NCBI GenBank assembly: GCA_963675745.2
Contig: CAXXWX010000013.1
Span: 64,001 to 128,000, forward strand
DNA length: 64,000 nt
Direction: 5' to 3'
DNA from: Phycisphaerae bacterium
GTDB lineage: Bacteria; Planctomycetota; Phycisphaerae; UBA1845; Fen-1342
The notes below the pieces were generated by a model. The model searched no databases. It was given only the letters and a program-made list of their open reading frames with translations, and was not told the origin of the DNA. Positions 1 to 9,260 of the stretch are shown in pieces. The translations under genes and the position numbers were made by a program. How positions within the stretch are numbered: the first letter of the stretch is position 1; every line of letters starts with the position of its first letter.

Positions 1-531
1 CGCGCGCTGGCTGGCGGCCGGCGCGTGCTGAATACCTTCGCGTACACGTGCGCATTCTCGGTCAGCGCGGCGCTGGGCGGCGCGGCGGAGACTGTTAGTG
101 TTGACATCGCCAAACGTACGCTGGACTGGGGCAAGCGCAACTTCCTGGCCAACGACCTTACACCCGACGACCACAAGTTCCGCGTCGCGGATACGCTGGA
201 TTTCTGTCGTCGGGCCCAGCGCCGCCAGGAGCGGTTCGATCTGGTGATCCTCGACCCGCCCAGCTTCTCTCGGGCGCGTAATTCCAGGCGTGTTTTCAAT
301 CTTGATGCCCAGCTCGACGAACTTGTGGCCGCAGCGCTGCCGGTCATCGCTCCCGGCGGCTTGTTGCTGTTGGCCACGAACCACCGGACGATACGTTACC
401 ATCGGCTGGAGCAGGCGTTGCGACGCGCTTGCGCCGGGCGAAAACTACAGTCAAGCTCTCGGCAGAAGCTGCCGCCGGACTTTCAAAACGATCCCGACTA
501 CAGCAAGTCGATACTGGCTGAGATCGGCTAG
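1..531 (+). CDS. SAM-dependent rRNA methyltransferase, RlmI/RlmK-like (5' truncated by window edge)
   Basis: VLNTFAYTCAFSV SAM-binding motif and FDLVILDPPSF motif; frame is open back to the window start. Confidence 0.85.
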   Translation, partial: RALAGGRRVLNTFAYTCAFSVSAALGGAAETVSVDIAKRTLDWGKRNFLANDLTPDDHKFRVADTLDFCRRAQRRQERFDLVILDPPSFSRARNSRRVFNLDAQLDELVAAALPVIAPGGLLLLATNHRTIRYHRLEQALRRACAGRKLQSSSRQKLPPDFQNDPDYSKSILAEIG

Positions 532-756
532 CGCGCTGTCGCCCACGTCCGGCGTTATGCGTGGCACGAGCGCCGACCAGGGTGGCGCCGCCGGCCGTGA
601 CCCGTGCCCGTGAGGCAAAATCGGGCACACCGCGAGCAAAGCAACGCCGAGTGCGTTATGCTGGGCTATTCCGACTCGGCTGTAAGCCCATCGATTCGAC
701 GCCGAGTCTCTCTGGAAGATTCATCATCTGCTGGCAATTTCGTGGAGAACACTGCG

Positions 757-2142
757 ATGCATGGTTTCCTGACCGGCCAACGAATGGCATGTGCCGCGAC
801 CGCGGCGATTGCGCTCATGAGTCTGGTTCTGCTCGGCTGCGATGGTGGCGCCGCGCCGCCGCCGCCGGCAAATAGTGTTGGTCAACAGAAAACACTCGTC
901 GTGCTCACGCCGCACAATGAGAAGATCCGCTATGCGTTTGCCGCGGGCTTTTCGAGTTGGCATCTGGGGGCACGGAACGCGCCGGTTCACATCAAGTGGC
1001 TGTATCGCGGCACGCCACAGTGCGTCGAGTTTGTCCGCGGCGCCAGCGCGCGTCGTTTGGAGGGGGCGCCGGTGGAACTGCCCGACGTGATGTTCGGCGG
1101 TGGTATCGCCGGCCATACCGAGCTGGCCGAAGCGGGCTTGTCCGTGCCGGTGGATCTCTCCGATCTGGTGGCGGAGATTCCGGCGGAGTTGAACGGGCTG
1201 CCGACGCGCGACGCCAAGCAGCGCTGGTACGCCACCGGCCTGAGCAGTTTCGGCATTCTGGTCAATGACGAGGCTTGCGCGGCGCGCGGCGTTGAACCGC
1301 CGGCGACGTGGGCTGACCTGGCCGACCCGCGTTTCCAGAGCTGGCTGGCGCTGGCCGACCCGCGCGGCAGCGGCAGTCATCGCGAATGCCTGGTTATCAC
1401 GCTCCAGCAACTCGGTTGGCAGCGCGGGTGGGCGGCAATCACGCAGATGCTCGCCAACGCTCGTGCCCTGAGCGCGCGCAGTGCCGATGCGCTGCAATTG
1501 GTCGAGAGTGGACACGCCCTCGCCACGTTGGCCGTCAACTTCGACGGAGAGGCGCGCGCCGCGGCCAGTGAAGGGAAACTCCACTACACGAACCCCATCG
1601 GCGCGACCGCCGTGACTCCCGACATCGTAAGCGTGCTGGCCACCGCCGCGGATGTGGATTTGGCCAAGGACTTCGTGCGCTACCTGATGAGCGAAGAGGG
1701 GCTGGCGCTGTGGGCCGTCACGCAGGATAACCGGCGCGTGCCCGGCGAGACGCTGTACCATTACCCGATTGACCCGAAAATCTACGAGAAACACGCCGAT
1801 CATCTGTCGGTCAAGCTCAATCCCTTCACCACAAAACTCGGCCTGACTATGGACCCGGAGACGACCGCCGGGCAGCGACTCCTGCTGAACGCGCTGTTGC
1901 CGGCGGCGGCCGGTGACAACCACGTGGCATTGCAGCAGGCTTGGTGCGCGGTCATCGATGCGGGCATGCCCGAAGATGCGCTGGCTGAGCTTACGTCGCC
2001 GCTGTTTGACGAAGCGACGGCCATGGAAGTGGCTGAGGAGCTGGCCGGCGCTGCGCCGGATGAGATCGCCGCGTTGCAGGCCGAATGGGCCCAGCGATTT
2101 GCACAGAAGTATGCCAAGGCGCTGGAAATGGCGCAGCAATAA
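757..2142 (+). CDS. ABC transporter substrate-binding lipoprotein (Fe3+/thiamine-type family)
   Basis: GGAG upstream of ATG 757; lipobox LLGC; motifs LTPH, DVMFGGG, PATWADLADP, ADPRGSGS, AKDFVRYLMS. Confidence 0.8.
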   Translation: MHGFLTGQRMACAATAAIALMSLVLLGCDGGAAPPPPANSVGQQKTLVVLTPHNEKIRYAFAAGFSSWHLGARNAPVHIKWLYRGTPQCVEFVRGASARRLEGAPVELPDVMFGGGIAGHTELAEAGLSVPVDLSDLVAEIPAELNGLPTRDAKQRWYATGLSSFGILVNDEACAARGVEPPATWADLADPRFQSWLALADPRGSGSHRECLVITLQQLGWQRGWAAITQMLANARALSARSADALQLVESGHALATLAVNFDGEARAAASEGKLHYTNPIGATAVTPDIVSVLATAADVDLAKDFVRYLMSEEGLALWAVTQDNRRVPGETLYHYPIDPKIYEKHADHLSVKLNPFTTKLGLTMDPETTAGQRLLLNALLPAAAGDNHVALQQAWCAVIDAGMPEDALAELTSPLFDEATAMEVAEELAGAAPDEIAALQAEWAQRFAQKYAKALEMAQQ

Positions 2143-2216
2143 CAGCCCGGCGCCGCCGGCCGTCGGACATCGATAACACCTCTCCTGCCGGCGGCCTGCG
2201 AGGCGCAGGCCGTTAC
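2139..2216. repeat. REP-like doublet, family 1 (GTARCGGCC...GGCCG)
   Basis: 2192-2216 is the exact reverse complement of 28354-28378; a degenerate partner overlaps the stop codon at about 2139-2162. Confidence 0.7.
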
Positions 2217-2301
2217 GGGTACAGGGTGCGCCGAGCACGGCAGGTCGAGCGCAGCGATACCTGCCGTCGTGCAATCACGCCGATTGCTCGACCGGCGTTG
2301 C

Positions 2302-3750
2302 TCAGACCTTCACATCGTGGGTGGTAATGGCATCTCGGCCGTGATAGTCAAGCACCGGCGCGACGACCTTGGCAAGAAACTCGCGCGTCTGCTGCGGGGC
2401 GAGGCCGACGTAGCGGCGTGCGTCCAGGGCGCGGCTCCACCGGACCCGCGCGAAAGCGGCGTCGGCCTTCAACCGCGCAATCAGGTCATTCGCCTTGCCG
2501 TGCTGCTTGATCTGACGAGCGGCGGCCTGGCTGTGTCGGCGGATACGCTCGTGCAGCGCCTGGCGATCCCCACCCTTTGAAACAGCCTCCATCAGGATGT
2601 CTTCGCTGGCGATGAACGGCAGCTCGGCCTCGATCCGCGCGCTGATCATCGCCGGATACACCACCAACCCATCGAGGATGCTGTGGAGCAGTATGACAAG
2701 CGCGTCGGCGGTCAGGAAAGCCTGCGGCATGATCAGACGCTTGTTGGAAGAGTCGTCAAGCGTGCGCTCGAACATCTGGGCGGCCAGCGTCTGGAAAGAT
2801 GATTGCACCAGGGCGATCAGATAGCGCGCCAGCCCCGTCGCGCGCTCACTGCGCATCGGATTGCGCTTGTACGCCATCGCCGAGCTGCCAACCTGCTTTC
2901 TGCCGAACGGCTCTTCGATTTCCTTGAGCATCGCGAGCAGGCGGATGTCGTTGCATATGCGCTGGGTGCTGGCCGCCAGCGAGCCGAGCGTGGCGAGTAT
3001 TTCGACGTCCACTTTGCGCGAGTAGGTCTGTCCGCAGACCGGGTAACACGCAGCAAAACCAAGCTGTGTGGCAAACAGCTTTTCCGTTCGCCGCACTTTG
3101 GTTTTGTTGCCGAGCAGCTTGAGGAATGATGCTTGCGTACCGGTCGCTCCGCGCAGGCCGCGGCACTTGAGCCCGTCATGGGCCGCGGCGATCGCCTCCA
3201 GATCGCGCAGCAGGTCGCTTAGCCACAGCGTGCCGCGTTTGCCGACCGTAGTCAGTTGCGCTGGTTGCAGATGCGTGAAGCCCAGGGTGGGCAGTTCTGC
3301 GTATTCTCCGCAGAAAGCCGACAGTACACGCACCACGCCCGCCAGCCGGCGACGCAGCAGATCCAGGGCCGCGCGCATCAACAGCAGGTCGGCGTTATCG
3401 ACGATGTCCATGCTCGTGGCGCCGAGATGGATGATGCCCCGCGCGGCCGGGGCCGCGTCCCCGAAAGCGTGGATGTGGGCCATCACGTCATGACGCGTCT
3501 CGGTCTCGTACTTTCGCACCGCGGCAAAATCGATCTGGTCGACGACGCGGCGCATCGCGCGAAGCTGCTTTTGCGAGATGTCCAGACCCAGCTCGCGCTG
3601 GGCCGACGCCAGCGCGATCCAGATTCGTCGCCACGTGCCATAACGCCGCTCGCGGCTCCAGATGCGCAACATCTCGGCTGAGGCATAGCGCGAGGCGAGC
3701 GGGTCTTCAAGTTGCCCGCGTGGCTGGGATGGTGTGCGGGACTTTGACAT
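2302..3750 (-). CDS. purB: Adenylosuccinate lyase
   Basis: PLASRYAS, HDVMAH, IHLGATS, FTHLQPAQ and the signature GSSAMAYKRNP; start taken at ATG 3750. Confidence 0.95.
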   Translation of the reverse strand: MSKSRTPSQPRGQLEDPLASRYASAEMLRIWSRERRYGTWRRIWIALASAQRELGLDISQKQLRAMRRVVDQIDFAAVRKYETETRHDVMAHIHAFGDAAPAARGIIHLGATSMDIVDNADLLLMRAALDLLRRRLAGVVRVLSAFCGEYAELPTLGFTHLQPAQLTTVGKRGTLWLSDLLRDLEAIAAAHDGLKCRGLRGATGTQASFLKLLGNKTKVRRTEKLFATQLGFAACYPVCGQTYSRKVDVEILATLGSLAASTQRICNDIRLLAMLKEIEEPFGRKQVGSSAMAYKRNPMRSERATGLARYLIALVQSSFQTLAAQMFERTLDDSSNKRLIMPQAFLTADALVILLHSILDGLVVYPAMISARIEAELPFIASEDILMEAVSKGGDRQALHERIRRHSQAAARQIKQHGKANDLIARLKADAAFARVRWSRALDARRYVGLAPQQTREFLAKVVAPVLDYHGRDAITTHDVKV

Positions 3751-3758
3751 GCTGCGCC

Positions 3759-4985
3759 TCAATCCTCCAAGGCCTGTTTCAAGTCGGCGATGAGGTCGCC
3801 CACGGTCTCCAGGCCGACGTGCAGCCGGATAAACCAGACGATCTCGTCGGGGCTGTCGCTGAAGAAGTTCCCTCCGACGACCAGGCTCTCGTGTCCGCCC
3901 CAGCTCACGCCGATGCTGAACAGCTTGAGCCGGTTTACGACCCGATTGCACGCTTCGCGGTCTTGCTGTCTGAGTGTGAAACCGAACAGGCTGCTATAAC
4001 CACGTAGCTGTTGCCTGGCGATTTCGTGATGCGGGTGCGCGGGCAGCCCCGGATGGTAAACGCGCTCGATGCGGGGGTGGTCCACCAGAAACCGCGCAAC
4101 GGCCAGCGCATTGGATTGGTGGCGCTCCATCCGTATCGGGAGCGTTCGCACGCCGCGCATCAGCAGCCAGGCGGCGAACGGATCACAGACGGCGCCCACG
4201 AGCTCGAGCTCGTTGTGGACTTGCTGCTCGAGTTCCGTGTCGTTGCCGATTACCGCGCCGGCCACCACGTCGCTATGGCCGCCGAAAAACTTCGTCGCGC
4301 TGTGTACGACCAGGTCACAGCCGAGACCGAGAGGTTGCAGAAAGTAGGGCGTGGCCCACGAATTATCGAAGATCGTTGTCAGTCCGCGCTCTTTGGCAAT
4401 CTGAGTCAGTGCGGCGATAGGGGGGCAATCACCCAAGCCGCTGGTGGGGCTTTCGAGGTACAGTACCTTGGTCTCGGGGCGGATCGCCGCAACGAAATCG
4501 TCGGGCTCGACTCCTTTGACGAAGGTCGTGCCCACGCCGAAACGTTCGAGGCGTCCGAGCAATTGCCTGGTGGGCCAGTAACAGCGATACACGCAGACCA
4601 CGTGATCGCCGCTCTGCACGCAGGCGTTTATCGCGGCCGAGACGGCACCCATGCCGGATGCGAAAGCCCGCGCCCAGCGGCCGCCCTCGAGCCGCGCCAG
4701 TTTGGCTTCGAGAATCGCCGTGGTCGGGTTGCCGGTGCGCGTATATTCGAAGAATGCGCTGTCGGGCGACTTACGCTTCTCGAATTCCTCGGCGGACGGA
4801 TAGATGAACGTGGAATTCTGGTAGATGGGCGGGACAGCGCCGCCGCCGTGGCCGAGCCGATCTTCGCCGAAATGTTCGCAGAGCGTCTCAAAGCCCGCGT
4901 CGGCGGGTAGCTCGGGGCCGCTGGCGCCTGGTACAGGTCTGGTTTTCATGTGGAGCACAGTGGCGTTTTCGACCCGGGCCGTCAA
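3759..4985 (-). CDS. PLP-dependent Cys/Met metabolism enzyme (cystathionine gamma-synthase/beta-lyase family)
   Basis: YTRTGNPT, FASGMGA, YLESPT, DNSWATP, PLP-lysine motif HSATKFFGGHSD; start may be ATG 4949. Confidence 0.9.
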   Translation of the reverse strand: MTARVENATVLHMKTRPVPGASGPELPADAGFETLCEHFGEDRLGHGGGAVPPIYQNSTFIYPSAEEFEKRKSPDSAFFEYTRTGNPTTAILEAKLARLEGGRWARAFASGMGAVSAAINACVQSGDHVVCVYRCYWPTRQLLGRLERFGVGTTFVKGVEPDDFVAAIRPETKVLYLESPTSGLGDCPPIAALTQIAKERGLTTIFDNSWATPYFLQPLGLGCDLVVHSATKFFGGHSDVVAGAVIGNDTELEQQVHNELELVGAVCDPFAAWLLMRGVRTLPIRMERHQSNALAVARFLVDHPRIERVYHPGLPAHPHHEIARQQLRGYSSLFGFTLRQQDREACNRVVNRLKLFSIGVSWGGHESLVVGGNFFSDSPDEIVWFIRLHVGLETVGDLIADLKQALED

Positions 4986-6079
4986 GCAGGTGCGACGTCG
5001 GCGCGCGTGAAGAAATCCACGTTGGGCAGCAGTTCCGCGGCGCGGTGCAGGACTGTCTCGTTAAAGCCCATGCAGCGGCAGATCTCCGCCGCCTGGTTTG
5101 ACCAGGATTCATGCTCGCTGATGCGTTGCCAGGCGCTGCCCAGGCGCCACCTGAGCCATGCCGCGGCGGGGGGAATCGGGAAGTCGCTGCCGAACAGCAG
5201 CCGGTGATGCAGCTCCTGACGCCGCGCGATCTGCCGCAGTGACCAGACCTTACCCCAGCTACACAGGGCCGAGACGTCGCCATAGAGCGGCGCGTCCGCC
5301 AGCGACCCGGTCAGAGCATCAACCAGTGCGTTGTAGTTTCGCCAGGGGCCGGCCGGATTCACCGGCGTGGCCAGGTGCGGGATGATCGTCGTGGGCATGG
5401 ACCCGCTACTGTGCAGATGGCGCAAGACGTCCAGCAGCGGCGGCAGCTCACCCAGCGCCCGGTCGTGCGAGGTCAGCGTAAACTCCGGCCCATAGTGCAG
5501 CAGCACGGGCAGCCCCAGTTCGGCACAGTGCGCCAGGAAGGCGATGGTCCGCTCATCACGCGCGTCCACATTCTGATGCAACGGAATCAGCTTCAGCAGG
5601 CACGCGCCGGCGGCAAACACCTCGTCCAGACACGCCAGCGCATCCGCGCGGTAGGGGTGTACGGATGCCCCGAAAAGGAATCGCTCCGGGTGACGCTGGC
5701 AGGTTGCGCGGATCAGGCTGTTGGACGTGTAGATATCACTGCCACGGTCTCCGGCCCGCCGTGGAAGAGGCGGCCGTTCGCCGCGGCTGTCGTGATACGC
5801 GTCAAAGGCCAGCAGCACCCAACGCCGCACCGGTCCCGCGCCGGCGAGGTGCCTGCCATAGAAGTCAGCCAGGCGCGCGTCGATCTGGCTGTCGTCGTGG
5901 CCGACGTGCAGATACCGGCGCATGGCGCGAAAACTCATGCGACGAAACGCGCGAGGCGAGATGCACGAGTCAAAGGCCCCTCTGAAACCCGGTTCGTCAG
6001 CTGGTTCAAAGGAGAAACGCTCGCCCGTGGAGAGCGGGAGCTGTGTGAACGTGTAGTGGCAGTGGATATCGATAATCAT
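4982..6079 (-). CDS. Metal-dependent amidohydrolase family protein
   Basis: N-terminal IIDIHCH, ASVHPY, LPVLLHYG, LLFGSDFP. Confidence 0.85.
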   Translation of the reverse strand: MIIDIHCHYTFTQLPLSTGERFSFEPADEPGFRGAFDSCISPRAFRRMSFRAMRRYLHVGHDDSQIDARLADFYGRHLAGAGPVRRWVLLAFDAYHDSRGERPPLPRRAGDRGSDIYTSNSLIRATCQRHPERFLFGASVHPYRADALACLDEVFAAGACLLKLIPLHQNVDARDERTIAFLAHCAELGLPVLLHYGPEFTLTSHDRALGELPPLLDVLRHLHSSGSMPTTIIPHLATPVNPAGPWRNYNALVDALTGSLADAPLYGDVSALCSWGKVWSLRQIARRQELHHRLLFGSDFPIPPAAAWLRWRLGSAWQRISEHESWSNQAAEICRCMGFNETVLHRAAELLPNVDFFTRADVAPA

Positions 6080-6136
6080 GGCAGTTGCTGTCTGCAGCCT
6101 CGGGCCTCTGTGCCCAACAAGGGCGGCCGCTACGGT

Positions 6137-6892
6137 CTATCGCTCACGTGAGTTGTCCTCGTCTTCGGCCCAGTCGGCCAACTCGTCGGCGAGATTGACC
6201 GGCGCCTCGTAATGTGAGCGGAGCGTGTGTACATCACGCCGTGACCCGGTTGCCGCCGCACGCCGGAGCAGAATCCAACCGACGACCAGCCCGACGCCGG
6301 CGAACGCGATGACGATACCCCAGGCGCGCGCCGGCCGAGGCTGCACCGGGTTGACGCGCGAAACCTGCATCGGACCCTTGGCCACAACCAGGCCGGCGTA
6401 TTGCTCCCGGCCACGCGAGTCCTTGAACGTGCGCGCTTGAAGAAAATAGCCGGCGATCCGTATCGTGCTCTCCAGCGGCAGATCTGAGACATCCTCCGTG
6501 CAGATCACCGTCAGGCTGAGCGGCGCGCCGGGCTTGCGAAGTTCCAACCGCCACACCGAACCCACATCCGGGTATGCGGGATAGCTGCGTTCCCCCTTGT
6601 TTCGGCCGACAACCCCCTCAACCTCGATCGCCAGCCCGCGGTACGCCGAAGGTGTCTCCAGCAAAACCGTCCAATCATCGATCACAATCGGCGCGTCACT
6701 GAAGCCTGGTGGTTGGGCGTTCTGGCGAACATGTTCGACAAGCCGGTAATAACCCGGGTAATCGAAGCGTGGCGTGAAGTCCTCGATCTCATCAATTGCG
6801 GCGCGCAAGTCAGCCGGCAGCGTCGAACCTGATTGCGTCGTGGCAGGCGGGGCCGCGACGGCAACACACGCGGTGCCGACCGCCAAAAGCAT
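6137..6892 (-). CDS. Hypothetical exported membrane-anchored protein (possible OB-fold)
   Basis: Signal-like MLLAVGTACVAVA, central PSAYRGLAIEVEGVVGR, C-terminal TM helix; start uncertain (ORF extends to 7120). Confidence 0.6.
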   Translation of the reverse strand: MLLAVGTACVAVAAPPATTQSGSTLPADLRAAIDEIEDFTPRFDYPGYYRLVEHVRQNAQPPGFSDAPIVIDDWTVLLETPSAYRGLAIEVEGVVGRNKGERSYPAYPDVGSVWRLELRKPGAPLSLTVICTEDVSDLPLESTIRIAGYFLQARTFKDSRGREQYAGLVVAKGPMQVSRVNPVQPRPARAWGIVIAFAGVGLVVGWILLRRAAATGSRRDVHTLRSHYEAPVNLADELADWAEDEDNSRER

Positions 6893-6993
6893 CACGCCGC
6901 GCAGACGCACCAGTGTGCGATCGCCGCAAGCCGCGGGTCTGCGCCTGCGCGGTCCAGCGCCCTCCCACGCCGCACCGGACAACGCGCGATTGA

Positions 6994-7608
6994 TCAATAG
7001 TCCTCGTCCTCGTCCCATGGATAATCCGGCGTCGGCAGGGTCGTCTGGGGCGTTGACTGCGTGGTCGTCACTTCGGCGTGTTTCGGTTGCAGTGTCGGCG
7101 GCGCGATCGTTAAACGCCATTCGTCGCCTTCCCTGAACACGAGGATTGCGAGTTCACGGCTTTCCAGCTTATGTGCCGCCATGCTCTCAGGATCGAACTC
7201 GAACTTGGTGAGCACGCGGTATGCCGGCGGAGGAATGTTCGGTAGCGTAAGCTCCTCGACCGCACTGACCTCGACCGACCGCAGTGCCTCCTGGATAACC
7301 CGGAATCGCTGCTCAGTTTCGGGTGTCCGGGCGCGCGAGATCAGCCCGCGATAATCCGCGTACTCTCCCAGCAGCATCGTCTGCATCGCCTCGCGGATAA
7401 AACGTGCCAGATCGGGAGGGCACTGGGCCGCGACCTCGGGCGCAAAACGATATGTGGCCCGCGGCATCGGCTCTGCGCTGACAGCTGGTGCGCTTGTTGG
7501 TTGCGTCGCTGGAGGGGGCAGTTCGGCCGGCTGCCGCTCGCAGCCGACGAGGCAAACTGCGATCGCCAGCGTCGCCAACCAGGAGGGTGCCCTCCATAGC
7601 GGGGGCAT
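6994..7608 (-). CDS. Hypothetical lipoprotein
   Basis: Lipobox LAIAVCLVGC after ATG 7608; the upstream part of ORF 6994..8052 is translated repeat DNA. Confidence 0.6.
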   Translation of the reverse strand: MPPLWRAPSWLATLAIAVCLVGCERQPAELPPPATQPTSAPAVSAEPMPRATYRFAPEVAAQCPPDLARFIREAMQTMLLGEYADYRGLISRARTPETEQRFRVIQEALRSVEVSAVEELTLPNIPPPAYRVLTKFEFDPESMAAHKLESRELAILVFREGDEWRLTIAPPTLQPKHAEVTTTQSTPQTTLPTPDYPWDEDEDY

Positions 7609-7826
7609 CCGATGTCCGGTCAACGCTGCCGTGTGCCACTGCTCTTGAGCAGTGCCTTTCCGTGGGTGCCGCATCCCTTGGGGTGGGGGACTGACCCTCT
7701 CGATAGGCGTGACCGCCTGTTGTCTATCCGTCCCCCGCGGCAAGCCGCGGGGCACCCGCCAAAGTGGGTGCATCCGATGTCCGGTCAACGCAAAGGTGTG
7801 CCACTGCTCTTGAGCAGTGCCTTTCC
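7605..7826. repeat. Composite palindromic element (BIME-like): two ~57-bp direct repeats enclosing an inverted pair
   Basis: gcatccgatgtccggtcaacgc...gtgtgccactgctcttgagcagtgcctttcc at 7605-7661 and 7770-7826; between them GGGTGCC...GGGGGAC and its inverted counterpart GTCCCCC...GGCACCC. Confidence 0.85.
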
Positions 7827-7985
7827 AGGGAGCGCTCCCGGGCGCAATCCCGCCAGGGCGGCATGCCGGCTGCCGTTCGAGCACGGCCGCACAACGTTGC
7901 CGCAAGCGGCAAACGCTGCTCGGTAGCGGCTTCACACCACGGCCATTCCTGGGCCTACGCCGGGTCATCGCAAGGAGAATCCTGA

Positions 7986-9116
7986 TCATCCCGAACCTCG
8001 CCGTGCGTAGCGCACGGCCTGTTTGAGCCACGTGAGTCTGTCGGGCAAGCACTCGGTCAGCCCGTCAAAGACGATCTGCTCCGCGCCGCGCCTGGTCAAT
8101 TCGTCAACGGCGCGCACCAGTTGGGCCGCCTCGGTGAACTCTGTAGCGACAAGGTTAACCAGCGTCATGCCGTGCCGCACAATCTCTTCGTCCCCAGGCT
8201 CGCAGCCGGCATCCCAGACCGCCCCGCTCGGCAACCAGCGCTGTAACTCAGGGAGTTTTATCAGAGGATAGCATGGATCAGGGCCATTGCCCGGGCCGAG
8301 GCAACGCCACTGTGGGTATCGGCCCGCCAATTGGTCCAACCAGCGGCGGCCTTCGACACACCGGCACTCGCGATAGGCGTTGACGAGCTGATACCACCGA
8401 CGTTCCTCTGGTGATGTGCTCCCGGTCGTCCCATGGTCGGCCCACGCAAGGTGCTGCCGGCGGACCGCGTCGCGCACCGCGTCAGCGTCCTGGCCGGCCC
8501 GTGATGCACACTCCTCACAGGCGGGGCAAAAGCAGATCTCGATCATGTCGCGGTGCATCAGGGGCGCCATGAAGCAGGAGACAGACTGCGGGCCTTCGTC
8601 GAGCTTCCAGCCGGAGAGTTCAACGCCAATTGGCTCATAGCGCGCGAGATCATCAAGCGTGGTCTGCAAAAGGGCGCGCACCTGGGGATCAAGGACACAC
8701 GGGCGTTCCCGACGAAGCGTATCCCCCCAGGCGTTCTGGAAGTTGCAGTAGCGGCCATCGCCCAAGTCCACAACCGGTGCTCGAACATCCACGGCCAGGT
8801 ACAATTGCAGGCCGCGGCGCGCGACGACGTCACGCACCGCCCCCAAACAGTCCCGTTTCGTTACCCACTCCGCCTTCGGCGGCGGACCGATCAACGACGC
8901 ATAGTGCTCGCGCTGAAACGGGTAGTGCCATCCACCCCGCGTCTGGAACACCCGCTGCGGCTCCAGTGGCCTGTACATCCGGAATTCCGACACCGGCCCC
9001 GTGACCGCCGGCACGACGACGTGGTCAAACCCCACTTCCCCCAACGCACGCTCAAGCAGCTCCTCATCGAGCGCCATATTCCACAGCGGAAACACCAACC
9101 CAAACGTCGCTGACAT
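7986..9116 (-). CDS. Hypothetical protein, possible glycoside-hydrolase-like TIM barrel with Cys cluster
   Basis: AGGGAG RBS before ATG 9116; PCVLDPQVR and ICFCPAC motifs reminiscent of GH42-like/GHL proteins. Confidence 0.5.
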   Translation of the reverse strand: MSATFGLVFPLWNMALDEELLERALGEVGFDHVVVPAVTGPVSEFRMYRPLEPQRVFQTRGGWHYPFQREHYASLIGPPPKAEWVTKRDCLGAVRDVVARRGLQLYLAVDVRAPVVDLGDGRYCNFQNAWGDTLRRERPCVLDPQVRALLQTTLDDLARYEPIGVELSGWKLDEGPQSVSCFMAPLMHRDMIEICFCPACEECASRAGQDADAVRDAVRRQHLAWADHGTTGSTSPEERRWYQLVNAYRECRCVEGRRWLDQLAGRYPQWRCLGPGNGPDPCYPLIKLPELQRWLPSGAVWDAGCEPGDEEIVRHGMTLVNLVATEFTEAAQLVRAVDELTRRGAEQIVFDGLTECLPDRLTWLKQAVRYARRGSG

Positions 9117-9260
9117 CAACGCTCCCTGATTCTCGATCGCGCAAGCCCGGCCGGCGACCGCGTCCCCTGGCCCTTTGTCGCTCCGGCGCTTCTCCCTGCG
9201 AGGGTAGCCGATTCCACCCCGGTCTGCTAGCATGCCAACGCTCTGGTTTCTGGAGGTTTC

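Noticed and set aside
724..2274. 516-aa minus-strand ORF
   Set aside because: Antisense shadow of the ABC binding protein; no motifs; expected in high-GC DNA.
2302..3951. 549-aa start for purB
   Set aside because: The extension overlaps the upstream gene; homology begins near ATG 3750.
7605..7826. Possible CRISPR array
   Set aside because: Only two repeats, a ~108-bp structured spacer, copies dispersed elsewhere, and no cas genes.
7609..8052. N-terminal extension of ORF 6994..8052 with duplicated KGTAQEQWHT
   Set aside because: It is the translation of the intergenic repeat element; the lipoprotein signal starts at 7608.
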